DNA of 64,000 nt from NCBI GenBank assembly GCA_963663165.1, contig OY760175.1, positions 768,001-832,000 on the forward strand. The letters run 5' to 3'. The notes below the pieces were generated by a model. The model was not told the origin of the DNA. It saw only the letters and a program-made list of their open reading frames with translations, and did not search any database. The DNA is from an uncultured Desulfospira sp. (GTDB lineage: Bacteria > Desulfobacterota > Desulfobacteria > Desulfobacterales > Desulfobacteraceae). Below are positions 55,750 to 64,000 of this stretch, piece by piece (position 1 is the stretch's first letter; every line of letters starts with the position of its first letter). The translations under genes and the position numbers were made by a program.

Positions 55750-57051
55750 TTAATCGGGGAGCAGGTCATAGAAGTACATCATGACATCCGAGCGGGTAAT
55801 AATCCCGATAATCCGGTCATCCTGGATGACCGGAATCCGCCCCACATCATGCTTGATCATGAGGCGGGCCGCCTCAATGGCGCTGCGGTCATGGGCAATG
55901 ACAATGGGGTTCGGGGTCATGAAGGCCTTAATGGGGGATTTCATCTGGTTTGACTTTCGGATCCGTTTAAAATCCCTTCTGGAAACCACCCCGACAATAT
56001 TGTCGTCATCATCCACCACCGGCATGCCCGTACACCCTTTTTCCCTTAAGATCATGACCACTTTTTCCACCGGCGTGCTTTGATTGATGGTGATCACGGG
56101 ATAGGACATGATGTCCGAGAGCATAACCGAGGATTGCTGGTTTCCCTCAATCAGAGCGGTCAGGGTTTCCTGGACCGTATCGGGATTGACTGATTTGAGC
56201 AGGGCAGACCCTGCCCCGGGATGCCCGCCGCCCCCAAGGCTTTTCATAATAAGGCCCACGTTGATATCGTCCACGCCGCTGCGCCCGATCACCATGACCT
56301 TATTCCGTTCCACGTCTTTGAAAATCCCGAAGGCCGCATCCACGTTCACGATTTCCCGGTACATCTGCATGACCATGGCCAGGTTCTGTATCCGCCCTTT
56401 CAGCTCAACTTTGGGAAAGCTGATGGTAAAGCCGCCGATTTCCATTCGCTGGGCATCCTGGATCATCTCATGAAGAATGTCCTTCTGCTGCCGGCCATAG
56501 GCCTGTTTTAAAAAGGTGGCCAGAATATTCAGGTCGGCCTTTCGGTCTAACAGAAAGGCGGCGGCATAGGCGTCTTCGGCCAGGGTGGAGGGAAAGGACA
56601 GGTTGCCGGTGTCTTCGTAGAGCCCGAGCAGAAACAAGGTGGCCTGAATGGGGGTGAGCAGTTTGCGCTGTTTTTCAATTTCTTTGACCAGCAGGGTGAT
56701 GGCGGCCCCGGTCTCCCTAACGGTGTTCTCCTGGCCATCCATGTCCCCGTCCATATGGTGGTCAAACACAATAATCTTCAGATCCGGCTTTTCCTTTAGT
56801 TTTAACAACCGCCGGTCCAGCCGGTTCCAGGAATGGGTGTCCACTGAAATCAGCGTATTCACCTGGTCCAGATCAATTTCATCCGGGGTGTGAATTTCAA
56901 ATATATTTTTATGGATGGCCAGAAAGGCCTTTACATTGGCATTCAAGGAGCCCGGCATCACCGGCTTGGCATCCGGATAAATCAGGCCGGCCGCCACAAC
57001 ACATGCCAGGGCATCAAAATCAGATCCTTTATGGGTGGTAATCAGTTTCAT
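55750..57051 (-). CDS. DHH/DHHA1 phosphoesterase with two CBS domains
   Basis: TH...DFDA, VDT, DHH, YEDTG, GGGGH, CBS pair ending GIITRSD. Confidence 0.87.
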   Translation of the reverse strand: MKLITTHKGSDFDALACVVAAGLIYPDAKPVMPGSLNANVKAFLAIHKNIFEIHTPDEIDLDQVNTLISVDTHSWNRLDRRLLKLKEKPDLKIIVFDHHMDGDMDGQENTVRETGAAITLLVKEIEKQRKLLTPIQATLFLLGLYEDTGNLSFPSTLAEDAYAAAFLLDRKADLNILATFLKQAYGRQQKDILHEMIQDAQRMEIGGFTISFPKVELKGRIQNLAMVMQMYREIVNVDAAFGIFKDVERNKVMVIGRSGVDDINVGLIMKSLGGGGHPGAGSALLKSVNPDTVQETLTALIEGNQQSSVMLSDIMSYPVITINQSTPVEKVVMILREKGCTGMPVVDDDDNIVGVVSRRDFKRIRKSNQMKSPIKAFMTPNPIVIAHDRSAIEAARLMIKHDVGRIPVIQDDRIIGIITRSDVMMYFYDLLPD

Positions 57052-57069
57052 AAGCCGTTAAACATATCT

Positions 57070-57180
57070 CATGGTTTGGTGTGAGCAATTTTCATTTCTC
57101 CAAGTTCAGGGTTCATCCTATCATAATGAGATCCCTTCTATAAAAACTTTTTTGCATTTGGGGCATTGAAAAAAAAGAGA
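57070..57180 (-). pseudogene. Remnant of a Mut7-C-type RNase C-terminus
   Basis: FQCPKCKKVF then, after a 1-nt shift and a TAG, KGSHYDRM; matches CxxCxKxYWxGSH. Confidence 0.5.
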
Positions 57181-57295
57181 AAAGACAAACATGACCTTTT
57201 GGTAATATTGGCGTCATCTTAAGATTATTTTTCACTGGTATAGTCCCCACAGAGTCAACAAGGAAATTTCATTCCTTTTTCCTCTCTCTCCTCCT

Positions 57296-57328
57296 ATAAA
57301 GCCGGGTTGGTTAACAACCCGGCTTTAT
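57296..57328. terminator. Probable intrinsic terminator after the ABC operon
   Basis: ataaagccgggttg-gttaa-caacccggctttat. Confidence 0.7.
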
Positions 57329-57332
57329 TTTA

Positions 57333-57417
57333 TTAGGCTGAAGGTTGTTAGGCTGAAGACTGTTAGGATTAAAGGAAGTAAGCCATTGAACCTTCAGCCC
57401 AATCCCCTTCCGCCTAA
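57333..57417. repeat. Inverted TTAGGCTGAAG arrays
   Basis: ttaggctgaaggttg ttaggctgaagactg ttagg ... ccttcagcccaa ... ccttccgcctaa. Confidence 0.7.
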
Positions 57418-57422
57418 ACTCC

Positions 57423-58244
57423 TCAATAATCAAATCCGGGCTGGACTCTGATCAACTCCCTGGTATAGGGATGTTCCGGCCGGGTGATGATGTTTCTGGC
57501 CGTGTTCACCTCTACAATGTGTCCCTGGTTGATCACGGCAATCCGGTCACACAAATAATTGGCGGCCGCCAGGTTATGGGTAATGAAAAGAAAGGTTAAG
57601 CCTTTGGTTTCTCTGATCCGGGACAGCAGGTGAAGCAGCTGGATGGCAATGGTGGCGTCGAGCATGGACGTGGGTTCGTCGGCCACGATCACCTCAGGGT
57701 CCAGAACAATGGCCCTGGCAACAGCCACCCGCTGCCGCTGCCCCCCGGACAGCTGGTGGGGATACCGGTCCACATAATCCATGGCCGGGGTCAGGCCAAC
57801 GGTGTCAAGGGTTTCCAGCACTTTTTGCCGCCTGTTCTCTAAGGTTCCCATCCCATGGACGCTCAAGGGTTCAAGAATGGTCTGGCCAATGGTCAGATAG
57901 GGGTTTAAAGACTGGTAAGGGTCCTGAAAAATCATCTGAACCCTGGAGCGGTAATGTTTTAAAGCTTTTCCCGTTAACCGGTTAACCGGTTCGCCGTTGA
58001 GAAAAATTTGGCCTGAGGACGGCTGCTCAAGACGGACCAGAAGCCGTCCCACAGTGGTTTTTCCGCTGCCGCTGCGGCCCACCAGGCCGAGGATCTCCCC
58101 GGTCTCAAGGGTTAAATTGATGCTGTTCAAGGCCAGGACGGTTTGGGCTTTCCCCATGGAAAACAGCCCGGCCCCGGATTTATATGCCTTTGTGACCGCC
58201 TTTATTTCAACCAGGGGCGCCCTGGTGCGCCGTGTTTTGTTCAT
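57423..58244 (-). CDS. Peptide ABC transporter ATPase (OppF/DppF-like)
   Basis: [30 protein letters not shown]; start MNKTR. Confidence 0.9.
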   Translation of the reverse strand: MNKTRRTRAPLVEIKAVTKAYKSGAGLFSMGKAQTVLALNSINLTLETGEILGLVGRSGSGKTTVGRLLVRLEQPSSGQIFLNGEPVNRLTGKALKHYRSRVQMIFQDPYQSLNPYLTIGQTILEPLSVHGMGTLENRRQKVLETLDTVGLTPAMDYVDRYPHQLSGGQRQRVAVARAIVLDPEVIVADEPTSMLDATIAIQLLHLLSRIRETKGLTFLFITHNLAAANYLCDRIAVINQGHIVEVNTARNIITRPEHPYTRELIRVQPGFDY

Positions 58245-59218
58245 GACACCCCCCTTGCCGCTGCCCTGGCGCAGCACAAAACCCGGTGGGTTTTTGAAAT
58301 GGTGATCCAGACCGGGGTTTCTCCCTGCCCGCACGCCAAAGAGCAATCCTTGCAGTTCACCGAGAACCGGCACCTTGAAGAATCTGTTAGGAGATCGGCG
58401 GGTTCGAACCGGTCCGGCAGGGCCACCTTCTTCTTATGGTCCAGGGTTAAATAAGAGGCCAGCAGAATTCTGGTATACGGGTGAGACGGATTGGAAAAGA
58501 CCTCCTTTTTGGTTCCTTTTTCAACCACCTGGCCGGCGTACATCACGCATATTTCTTCGCACACAGCAGCAATAACCGCCATATCATGGGAAATAAAAAC
58601 AAGGCCGGACCGGGTCTGTTCCTGGATCTGCAGAATGGCCTTCAGGATCTGGTCCTGGACAATGACATCCAGGGCCGTGGTGGGTTCGTCGGCAATAATG
58701 ATATCCGGCCTGCAGGCCAGGGCCATGGCAATGACGGCCCGCTGCTTCATTCCGCCTGAGTATTCATGGGGATAATCTCTAATCCGGTCCAGAGGGATTT
58801 CCACCTGGTTGAACACCTCTTTGATGCGCTGGTCCACTGGTTGTTTATCCATCCCGCCCCCATGGGCGAGGATGGCTTCCCTGACCTGTTCGTCCACCCT
58901 CAACACCGGGTTCAGGGCATTCATGGCGGCCTGGAAAATCATGGCAATTTGGTTTCCCCGGATCAGCTGCCATTGGGTCTGGCTGGCCTGGGCCAGATTT
59001 TCACCGTTAAACTCAATCCGGCCATTTAAAATTTTACCGTTTTCCGGCAGCAGCCCCATCAGGGCCATGCCCAAGGTGGTCTTGCCGCATCCGGATTCTC
59101 CCACAAGCCCTAAAGGCCTGGCCGGTTCAACGTCAAAGGAAACATTGTCCACGGCCCGGACAAGCCCTCTGACACTGTTATACCCGATACTTAAATCTTT
59201 GATACTCAGCAGCGGCAT
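58241..59218 (-). CDS. Peptide ABC transporter ATPase (OppD/DppD-like)
   Basis: GESGCGKTT, YSGGMKQR, DEPTTALDV, Cys-rich C-terminus. Confidence 0.9.
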   Translation of the reverse strand: MPLLSIKDLSIGYNSVRGLVRAVDNVSFDVEPARPLGLVGESGCGKTTLGMALMGLLPENGKILNGRIEFNGENLAQASQTQWQLIRGNQIAMIFQAAMNALNPVLRVDEQVREAILAHGGGMDKQPVDQRIKEVFNQVEIPLDRIRDYPHEYSGGMKQRAVIAMALACRPDIIIADEPTTALDVIVQDQILKAILQIQEQTRSGLVFISHDMAVIAAVCEEICVMYAGQVVEKGTKKEVFSNPSHPYTRILLASYLTLDHKKKVALPDRFEPADLLTDSSRCRFSVNCKDCSLACGQGETPVWITISKTHRVLCCARAAARGVS

Positions 59219-59222
59219 GGGG

Positions 59223-60110
59223 CTATCCTTCCTTTCGAAGCCTGGGGTCCAGGATCTCGTCCATGGCCCTTCCCACCATATAAAAGGCCAGGGTCAGCAA
59301 AGAGATGCAAAGGCCAGGGGGGATCAGCCAGTAAGGGGCCTGGAACATATGGCCGGATTTCCAGACCCATTGGAGCATCATGCCCCAGCTCACCTGGCTG
59401 GGATCGCCAAACCCCAAAAATGACAGGGCCGCTTCCGTTAAAATGGCCGAGGTGACCCTGAAGGTCATGTACAAAAAGGCCAGGGGCAGGACATTGGGGA
59501 GCATGTGCCTGAAAATGATCCGGACATGGGATGCCCCGGCCACCCGGGACGCCTCAATAAAGGGGCGGTGTTTCAAGGAAAGGGTCTGGGACCGGATCAC
59601 CCGTGCCACGGCAGGCCACCGCAAAATGGCAATGATAAACACGATGATCCAGATATTGAACTGGCCGAACAAGGAGGACAAGATCAATAAGATCACAAGA
59701 GAGGGCATGACCATGATGATATCGGCCGTCCTCATAAGGAAGGCATCTATCAGGCCGCCGGCATACCCGGATACCATTCCCACCAGGGTGCCGATAACAA
59801 TGCTGAAAAAGGCTGAAGACAGCCCTACAATAAAGGCCACCTTGGCCCCTTCGAGAAGCTGGGCCAAAATATCCCGGCCCACGTTGTCCGTCCCGAGCCA
59901 ATGGGTCAGGCTTGGCCCTTTGGACATGATAATATCCGGATCAATGCCGGTCATGGGATCGTACATGGCACCGGCCAGGGGCAGGGCAAAACTTGCCAGG
60001 GCCATGACCATGAAAATAAACAACAGCCCTAACCCGGTTTTTCCCAACGGGTTTTGAATAAAGAGTCCGAAAATATGATAAATGCGGTTGATACGGTATC
60101 TGCTGATCAC
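59223..60110 (-). CDS. Peptide ABC transporter permease (OppC-like)
   Basis: HWLGTD..GRD, FIEASRVAGAS, LSFLGFG..SWG. Confidence 0.9.
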   Translation of the reverse strand: MISRYRINRIYHIFGLFIQNPLGKTGLGLLFIFMVMALASFALPLAGAMYDPMTGIDPDIIMSKGPSLTHWLGTDNVGRDILAQLLEGAKVAFIVGLSSAFFSIVIGTLVGMVSGYAGGLIDAFLMRTADIIMVMPSLVILLILSSLFGQFNIWIIVFIIAILRWPAVARVIRSQTLSLKHRPFIEASRVAGASHVRIIFRHMLPNVLPLAFLYMTFRVTSAILTEAALSFLGFGDPSQVSWGMMLQWVWKSGHMFQAPYWLIPPGLCISLLTLAFYMVGRAMDEILDPRLRKEG

Positions 60111-60121
60111 GTTATTGTCTC

Positions 60122-61096
60122 CTAAATCCGGATTCTTGGATCCAGCCAGGCGTAAAGGACATCCACCAGAAGGTTGGCCATGAGCACCACCAGGGAAATG
60201 AGCAGAAAGCAGGCCTGGGCCAACGGATAATCGTTGTTGCTCACGGCAAAAATCAACTCCCGCCCGATACCGGGCCAGGTAAAAATCTGCTCGGTCAAGG
60301 CCCCGCCGTTAATGGAAAAGGCAAGGCTTAAGCCGATGCTGGTGATCACGGGCAGGGCCGCGTTCCTGGCCGCATGCCGGTTCCGGACAACCTTTTCACT
60401 CAAGCCCTTGGCCCGGGCCGTAAGGATATAGTCCTCTTTTAACACCGAGAGCATGGAAGACCTCATGAGCAGCAGGTAGGAGCCCAGGTTGATGATAAAC
60501 AAGGTGATCAAGGGCAGCATCAGATGGGCAAGGACATCCAGGGTCCTGTAAAGCAGCGGCGCCTTTATCAGCCACAGCTCCGGTGACAGGACCCCGCCCA
60601 GTGGGAAAACCCCCAGCTTGTAGCCCAGAAACCAGAGCAGCAGCAGGGCAAACCAGGGAACAAACAGGGTATGGCAGGCCAGGGCACCGAAGGACATGGC
60701 GTTGTCCAGCCGCCCGCCTTTGTGCCAGGCGGCAATCTTGCCTAAAAACACCCCGGCCATGGCCGAAAGGATGGTGGCGGTGGTAAACAGCAGGATGGTC
60801 CAGGGCAGCCGGTCGGCAATAATATCAAACACCGGCTCCCCATAATGAAAGGAGAGTCCGAAGTTGCCGGTGAAAAACTGCTTTAAGTAGATGATGTACT
60901 GGTCCCATAAGGGTTGGTTCAACCCCATCTGCTCAATCATATGGGCCATGTCTTCCGGGGTGAGCATGGGATCCACCACCCTTGACACCGGATCTCCCGG
61001 TGCCAGGCGGAACAAAAAAAAGAACAGGGTGAGGATGACAAAAAAGATCCCCATCATTTCCAGGAGCCTGAAGGCCATCATTCGAAATGGTTTCAT
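60122..61096 (-). CDS. Peptide ABC transporter permease (OppB-like)
   Basis: PGDP, DYILTARAKGL, F.WPGIG, DPRIR. Confidence 0.9.
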   Translation of the reverse strand: MKPFRMMAFRLLEMMGIFFVILTLFFFLFRLAPGDPVSRVVDPMLTPEDMAHMIEQMGLNQPLWDQYIIYLKQFFTGNFGLSFHYGEPVFDIIADRLPWTILLFTTATILSAMAGVFLGKIAAWHKGGRLDNAMSFGALACHTLFVPWFALLLLWFLGYKLGVFPLGGVLSPELWLIKAPLLYRTLDVLAHLMLPLITLFIINLGSYLLLMRSSMLSVLKEDYILTARAKGLSEKVVRNRHAARNAALPVITSIGLSLAFSINGGALTEQIFTWPGIGRELIFAVSNNDYPLAQACFLLISLVVLMANLLVDVLYAWLDPRIRI

Positions 61097-62844
61097 TATT
61101 TCAGATCCTTTGGCTTAAGGCGGCAAAGAGACCAGATATGGCCGATGCCGTCAACCTTTTCCACCCAGCCGTCAACACGGCCGGTGTAAACGGCCTCAAC
61201 AATATCCGGGTTATAAAGGGGAATATAAGGCAGGTCTTCGGATAAAATGGCCTGCATCTGCCAGATCTGTTCTCTTCTCATCTTCAGGTCGGTGGTGACC
61301 TGCTGTTCATCGGCCAACCGGTCAAACACCGGGTTGTTATACCCGCTCATGTTCCATCCCCGGGGCTTGTCGTTTTTGCTGTAAAAAAAGGCCCGCAAAT
61401 AGTCCGGGTCCAGGTCCAGCTTTCCGTACCCCAGGACAAAGGCCTGAAAGTCATGGCTTGTCTTGACCGTGTCCAGCAACGCCCCAAAAGCCATGGGCCG
61501 GGCATAGGCCGGCACGCCTAAGTTCCGAAACCATTCCTGGATCATGGTTCCGGCAAAGGCCCGTTTAGGGTCATAATCGGCCGGCGGGGTTAAAATGACC
61601 ACCCGTTCCATTTCCCGGCCGTCGGGCATGATGATGGCCGACGGGGTTCTTGCTCGGCCCGCTTCGTCAATGGGTTCGGTTTCCCAGGTATAGCCGGCCT
61701 CCTTGAGCATGGCAACCGCCCCGGCCAGCCGTTGATCCGGGGCCATGTCGCTGCCGTATGGGACCACATGGGGGTTGGTCCAGTAACGGTTGCCCGAAGG
61801 GACAATGGTATTCATGGCCTCGCCGTAGGATTGAAGAATCCGCTTAAGGATAAATTCACGGTCGATCATCAAGGACAACGCCTGCCGCAACGTCTTGTCA
61901 TTAAACGGCGCTTTACGAAGATTAAACCCCAGATAATACAGGGCGCTTTTCCGGTTAAAGTAAAGGGATACCAGGGGATCGCGCTCAAGGCTTTTAATGT
62001 AGCCGGGCTGGATATCCCACCAGTAATAGTCAATATCCCCTTTTTGCAGGGCAAGGATGGCCACATCGCTGGTGCCGTAAATCTTGAACAGGATGTTGTC
62101 CATAAAAGGCCCAAGGGCCATACCGCCGATGGTCTGGCCCTGTCCGAAAAAATAAGCATTCCGTTTCATATGAATATACCCGCCTTTGCGGTATTCGGAC
62201 AATACAAAGGGGCCGGTCCCCAAAGGACATTCAATGTTCTGGGCCTGAAGGCTTCGCAGCGGTTTTTCACAGGTTTTGGCAAAGGCCGCCCGGTTTTCCC
62301 ACTCTTTTCTGGACACAATGGGAGAGGTCAGGACCCGGGGTTCAAATATAGCGGACGGCTCTTTGAGGTGGAACACCACGGTTTTGGGATCAGGGGTCTC
62401 ACAATGGGAAATGATCTTCCATTTACTGTAATACTTGGGGATTTTAAAATCAAACACCAGCTGCTGGGTGAACCGCACATCCTCACTGGTAAAAGGGGAA
62501 CCGTCTGACCATTTGGCATCTTTAAGGGTAACCGTGCAGGTGAGCTTTTCCCAGTCAAACACCGGGTCTTTGGCGGCAAGCCAGGGAATGATGTCAAGGG
62601 TCTTGGGATCCCGGCAAAACAAGGGCTGGTAGATCAGGGACAGGATCTTTTGTGAATTGGCATCGGTCCCGAGAAACAGGTTCAGGGAATTGGGTTCTTC
62701 GGGTATCCCGATTTTTAAAAAATTATCCGTGACCGGTTGATAACACGCCGATAAGGCCCAGGCGGCGGCAAACAGAAAAGCGGACAACACCAGACGATTT
62801 AATCGATGAGGCCTTGTCCCTTGAACCGGCAGATGACCCTTCAT
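61096..62844 (-). CDS. Peptide ABC transporter substrate-binding lipoprotein (family 5)
   Basis: Lipobox LSAC, KWSDG.PFT..DV, GTGPF, FNL...PF. Confidence 0.88.
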   Translation of the reverse strand: MKGHLPVQGTRPHRLNRLVLSAFLFAAAWALSACYQPVTDNFLKIGIPEEPNSLNLFLGTDANSQKILSLIYQPLFCRDPKTLDIIPWLAAKDPVFDWEKLTCTVTLKDAKWSDGSPFTSEDVRFTQQLVFDFKIPKYYSKWKIISHCETPDPKTVVFHLKEPSAIFEPRVLTSPIVSRKEWENRAAFAKTCEKPLRSLQAQNIECPLGTGPFVLSEYRKGGYIHMKRNAYFFGQGQTIGGMALGPFMDNILFKIYGTSDVAILALQKGDIDYYWWDIQPGYIKSLERDPLVSLYFNRKSALYYLGFNLRKAPFNDKTLRQALSLMIDREFILKRILQSYGEAMNTIVPSGNRYWTNPHVVPYGSDMAPDQRLAGAVAMLKEAGYTWETEPIDEAGRARTPSAIIMPDGREMERVVILTPPADYDPKRAFAGTMIQEWFRNLGVPAYARPMAFGALLDTVKTSHDFQAFVLGYGKLDLDPDYLRAFFYSKNDKPRGWNMSGYNNPVFDRLADEQQVTTDLKMRREQIWQMQAILSEDLPYIPLYNPDIVEAVYTGRVDGWVEKVDGIGHIWSLCRLKPKDLK

Positions 62845-63827
62845 GGGGTGATCCCAATCTTTTGTTCGATAAAATCAACCACGCAATTTTCCAGTCTGGC
62901 CCCTGTCAAATGATTGATCCGGGGAATTCCCCCGGGGCTGACACAGTTGACTTCCACGAGTTTGTCGCCAATAATGTCGATTCCCACAAAATAAAGCCCG
63001 TCCTGAACCAGTTTGGGCTTGATCCGCTCACAAACGGCTATCTGGGCCGGTGTCAGGTCGTGCTTGAACACATGGGCCCCGGCATGGACATTGGTTCTAA
63101 AATCATTATCCGCCGAAAGCCGTCCCATGGCCCCTAAAATCTCCCCGTTGAGCAGCAGGACCCGAACATCCCCGTCTGTTTTGACGGCCTTGAGGTACTC
63201 CTGGACCATGATGGGCTTCCGCCGGGCATAGGGACGGTCCACCGTGACATAATAGTTGATCAGGGAGTTTAAATTTTCCCGGTCCCGGTTGCTGACCTTG
63301 ATAACCCCGTGGCCCCCGTGGCCGTGAAGGGGCTTGATGATCATGTCCCCGCCAAAATCATCAATGATTTTCTTAAGGCGGCTGGGGTCCCTGGACACAT
63401 GGGTCTCGGGAATAATGTCCGGAAAGTTAAGGATATATGCCTTTGAGTTGCCGTTGAGCTGGCCTAGGGTGGAATTGATCATGAACACCTTATCGCTCAC
63501 AGGCCCTAAAAATTCCATGGCTTCATGGTTGATGGGCGGGTCCTTTCTTAAAAACAGCACATCGAGATCCGTTACAATCTCGAAGATCAGCTCTTCGTTT
63601 TCCAGGCACAGGATCAGCTCGCTCCAGTAGGTTTTCAGGCTTAACCCGGGAGCAACGGTAATATTGCGCATTCTGGCCACCACCTGGTTTTTCCGGATAT
63701 AAATATCATGGGGCTCAAAAAAATAAACCCGGTGGCGGCGCTGGTTGCACTCGTACATGATATGGGCGGTGGTCTCCCATTGCGGATCAATCCCCCTTAA
63801 ATCATCCATTAAGAACCCGATGTCCAT
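62841..63827 (-). CDS. gshB: Glutathione synthetase-like ATP-grasp ligase
   Basis: FLMD, LRKDPP, KPL.G.GG.GV, QEYL, GDVRV, FRTN, GIDIIG, EVN..SP; start MDIGF. Confidence 0.8.
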   Translation of the reverse strand: MDIGFLMDDLRGIDPQWETTAHIMYECNQRRHRVYFFEPHDIYIRKNQVVARMRNITVAPGLSLKTYWSELILCLENEELIFEIVTDLDVLFLRKDPPINHEAMEFLGPVSDKVFMINSTLGQLNGNSKAYILNFPDIIPETHVSRDPSRLKKIIDDFGGDMIIKPLHGHGGHGVIKVSNRDRENLNSLINYYVTVDRPYARRKPIMVQEYLKAVKTDGDVRVLLLNGEILGAMGRLSADNDFRTNVHAGAHVFKHDLTPAQIAVCERIKPKLVQDGLYFVGIDIIGDKLVEVNCVSPGGIPRINHLTGARLENCVVDFIEQKIGITP

Positions 63828-64000
63828 CCTGTTTTTTCTCCATGAAAAGAAACGGTTTCTAAAAAATTTATTTTTATGCCAAAGCACTGTAGATGTCAAA
63901 CCGGACCTTTAGCGTTCAGGCCTGGAAAGAATGAAAACAGTGAAACTTTCACATCACAAAGAAGTATGATAATAGATGAATTATCCCAAAAGAAACATGA

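Noticed and set aside
61732..62508. Long + strand ORFs opposite the ABC genes (also 58809-59423, 59380-60057) and similar antisense ORFs elsewhere
   Set aside because: Shadows of well-supported genes with no recognisable motifs.

Overview
64-kb window of a sulfate-reducing Desulfobacterales-like chromosome (inferred from gene content and repeat types). (1) 1-19.4 kb is core genome: lpxA(partial)-lpxD-skp-bamA-lolD-lolC/E-lysS, pilS-pilC, a DHH/CBS tRNA nucleotidyltransferase, trpS, rluB-like, argJ and a SWIM-SNF2 helicase. (2) 19.6-43.4 kb is accessory DNA ending at tRNA-Leu(TAG). It holds a convergent sugar-modification/glycosylation cluster (3 radical SAM enzymes, RfbF, RfbC, C- and O-methyltransferases, GT4, GT2, and a 1270-aa GT2-TPR/ceramidase-like/sulfotransferase fusion), a RAYT-type HUH transposase split by a 586-bp IS200-family element and surrounded by four related hairpin sites, a MazF module whose antitoxin has a premature stop, an AT-rich PEP-CTERM + dockerin gene pair, Uma2 and an AAA ATPase. 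(3) 43.8-64 kb holds HIT, sirtuin, rhomboid, a PfaC-like PKS with oleA-oleB-X-oleC (no oleD), a stand-alone DHH-CBS protein and a gshB-like gene coupled to a peptide ABC transporter. Intergenic spaces carry many small repeats: a 153-bp MITE with an 8-bp TSD, a covarying ~125-bp palindrome in two copies, GTAG-type REPs and inverted short-unit tandem arrays. All product calls come from motifs read by eye; no searches were run.
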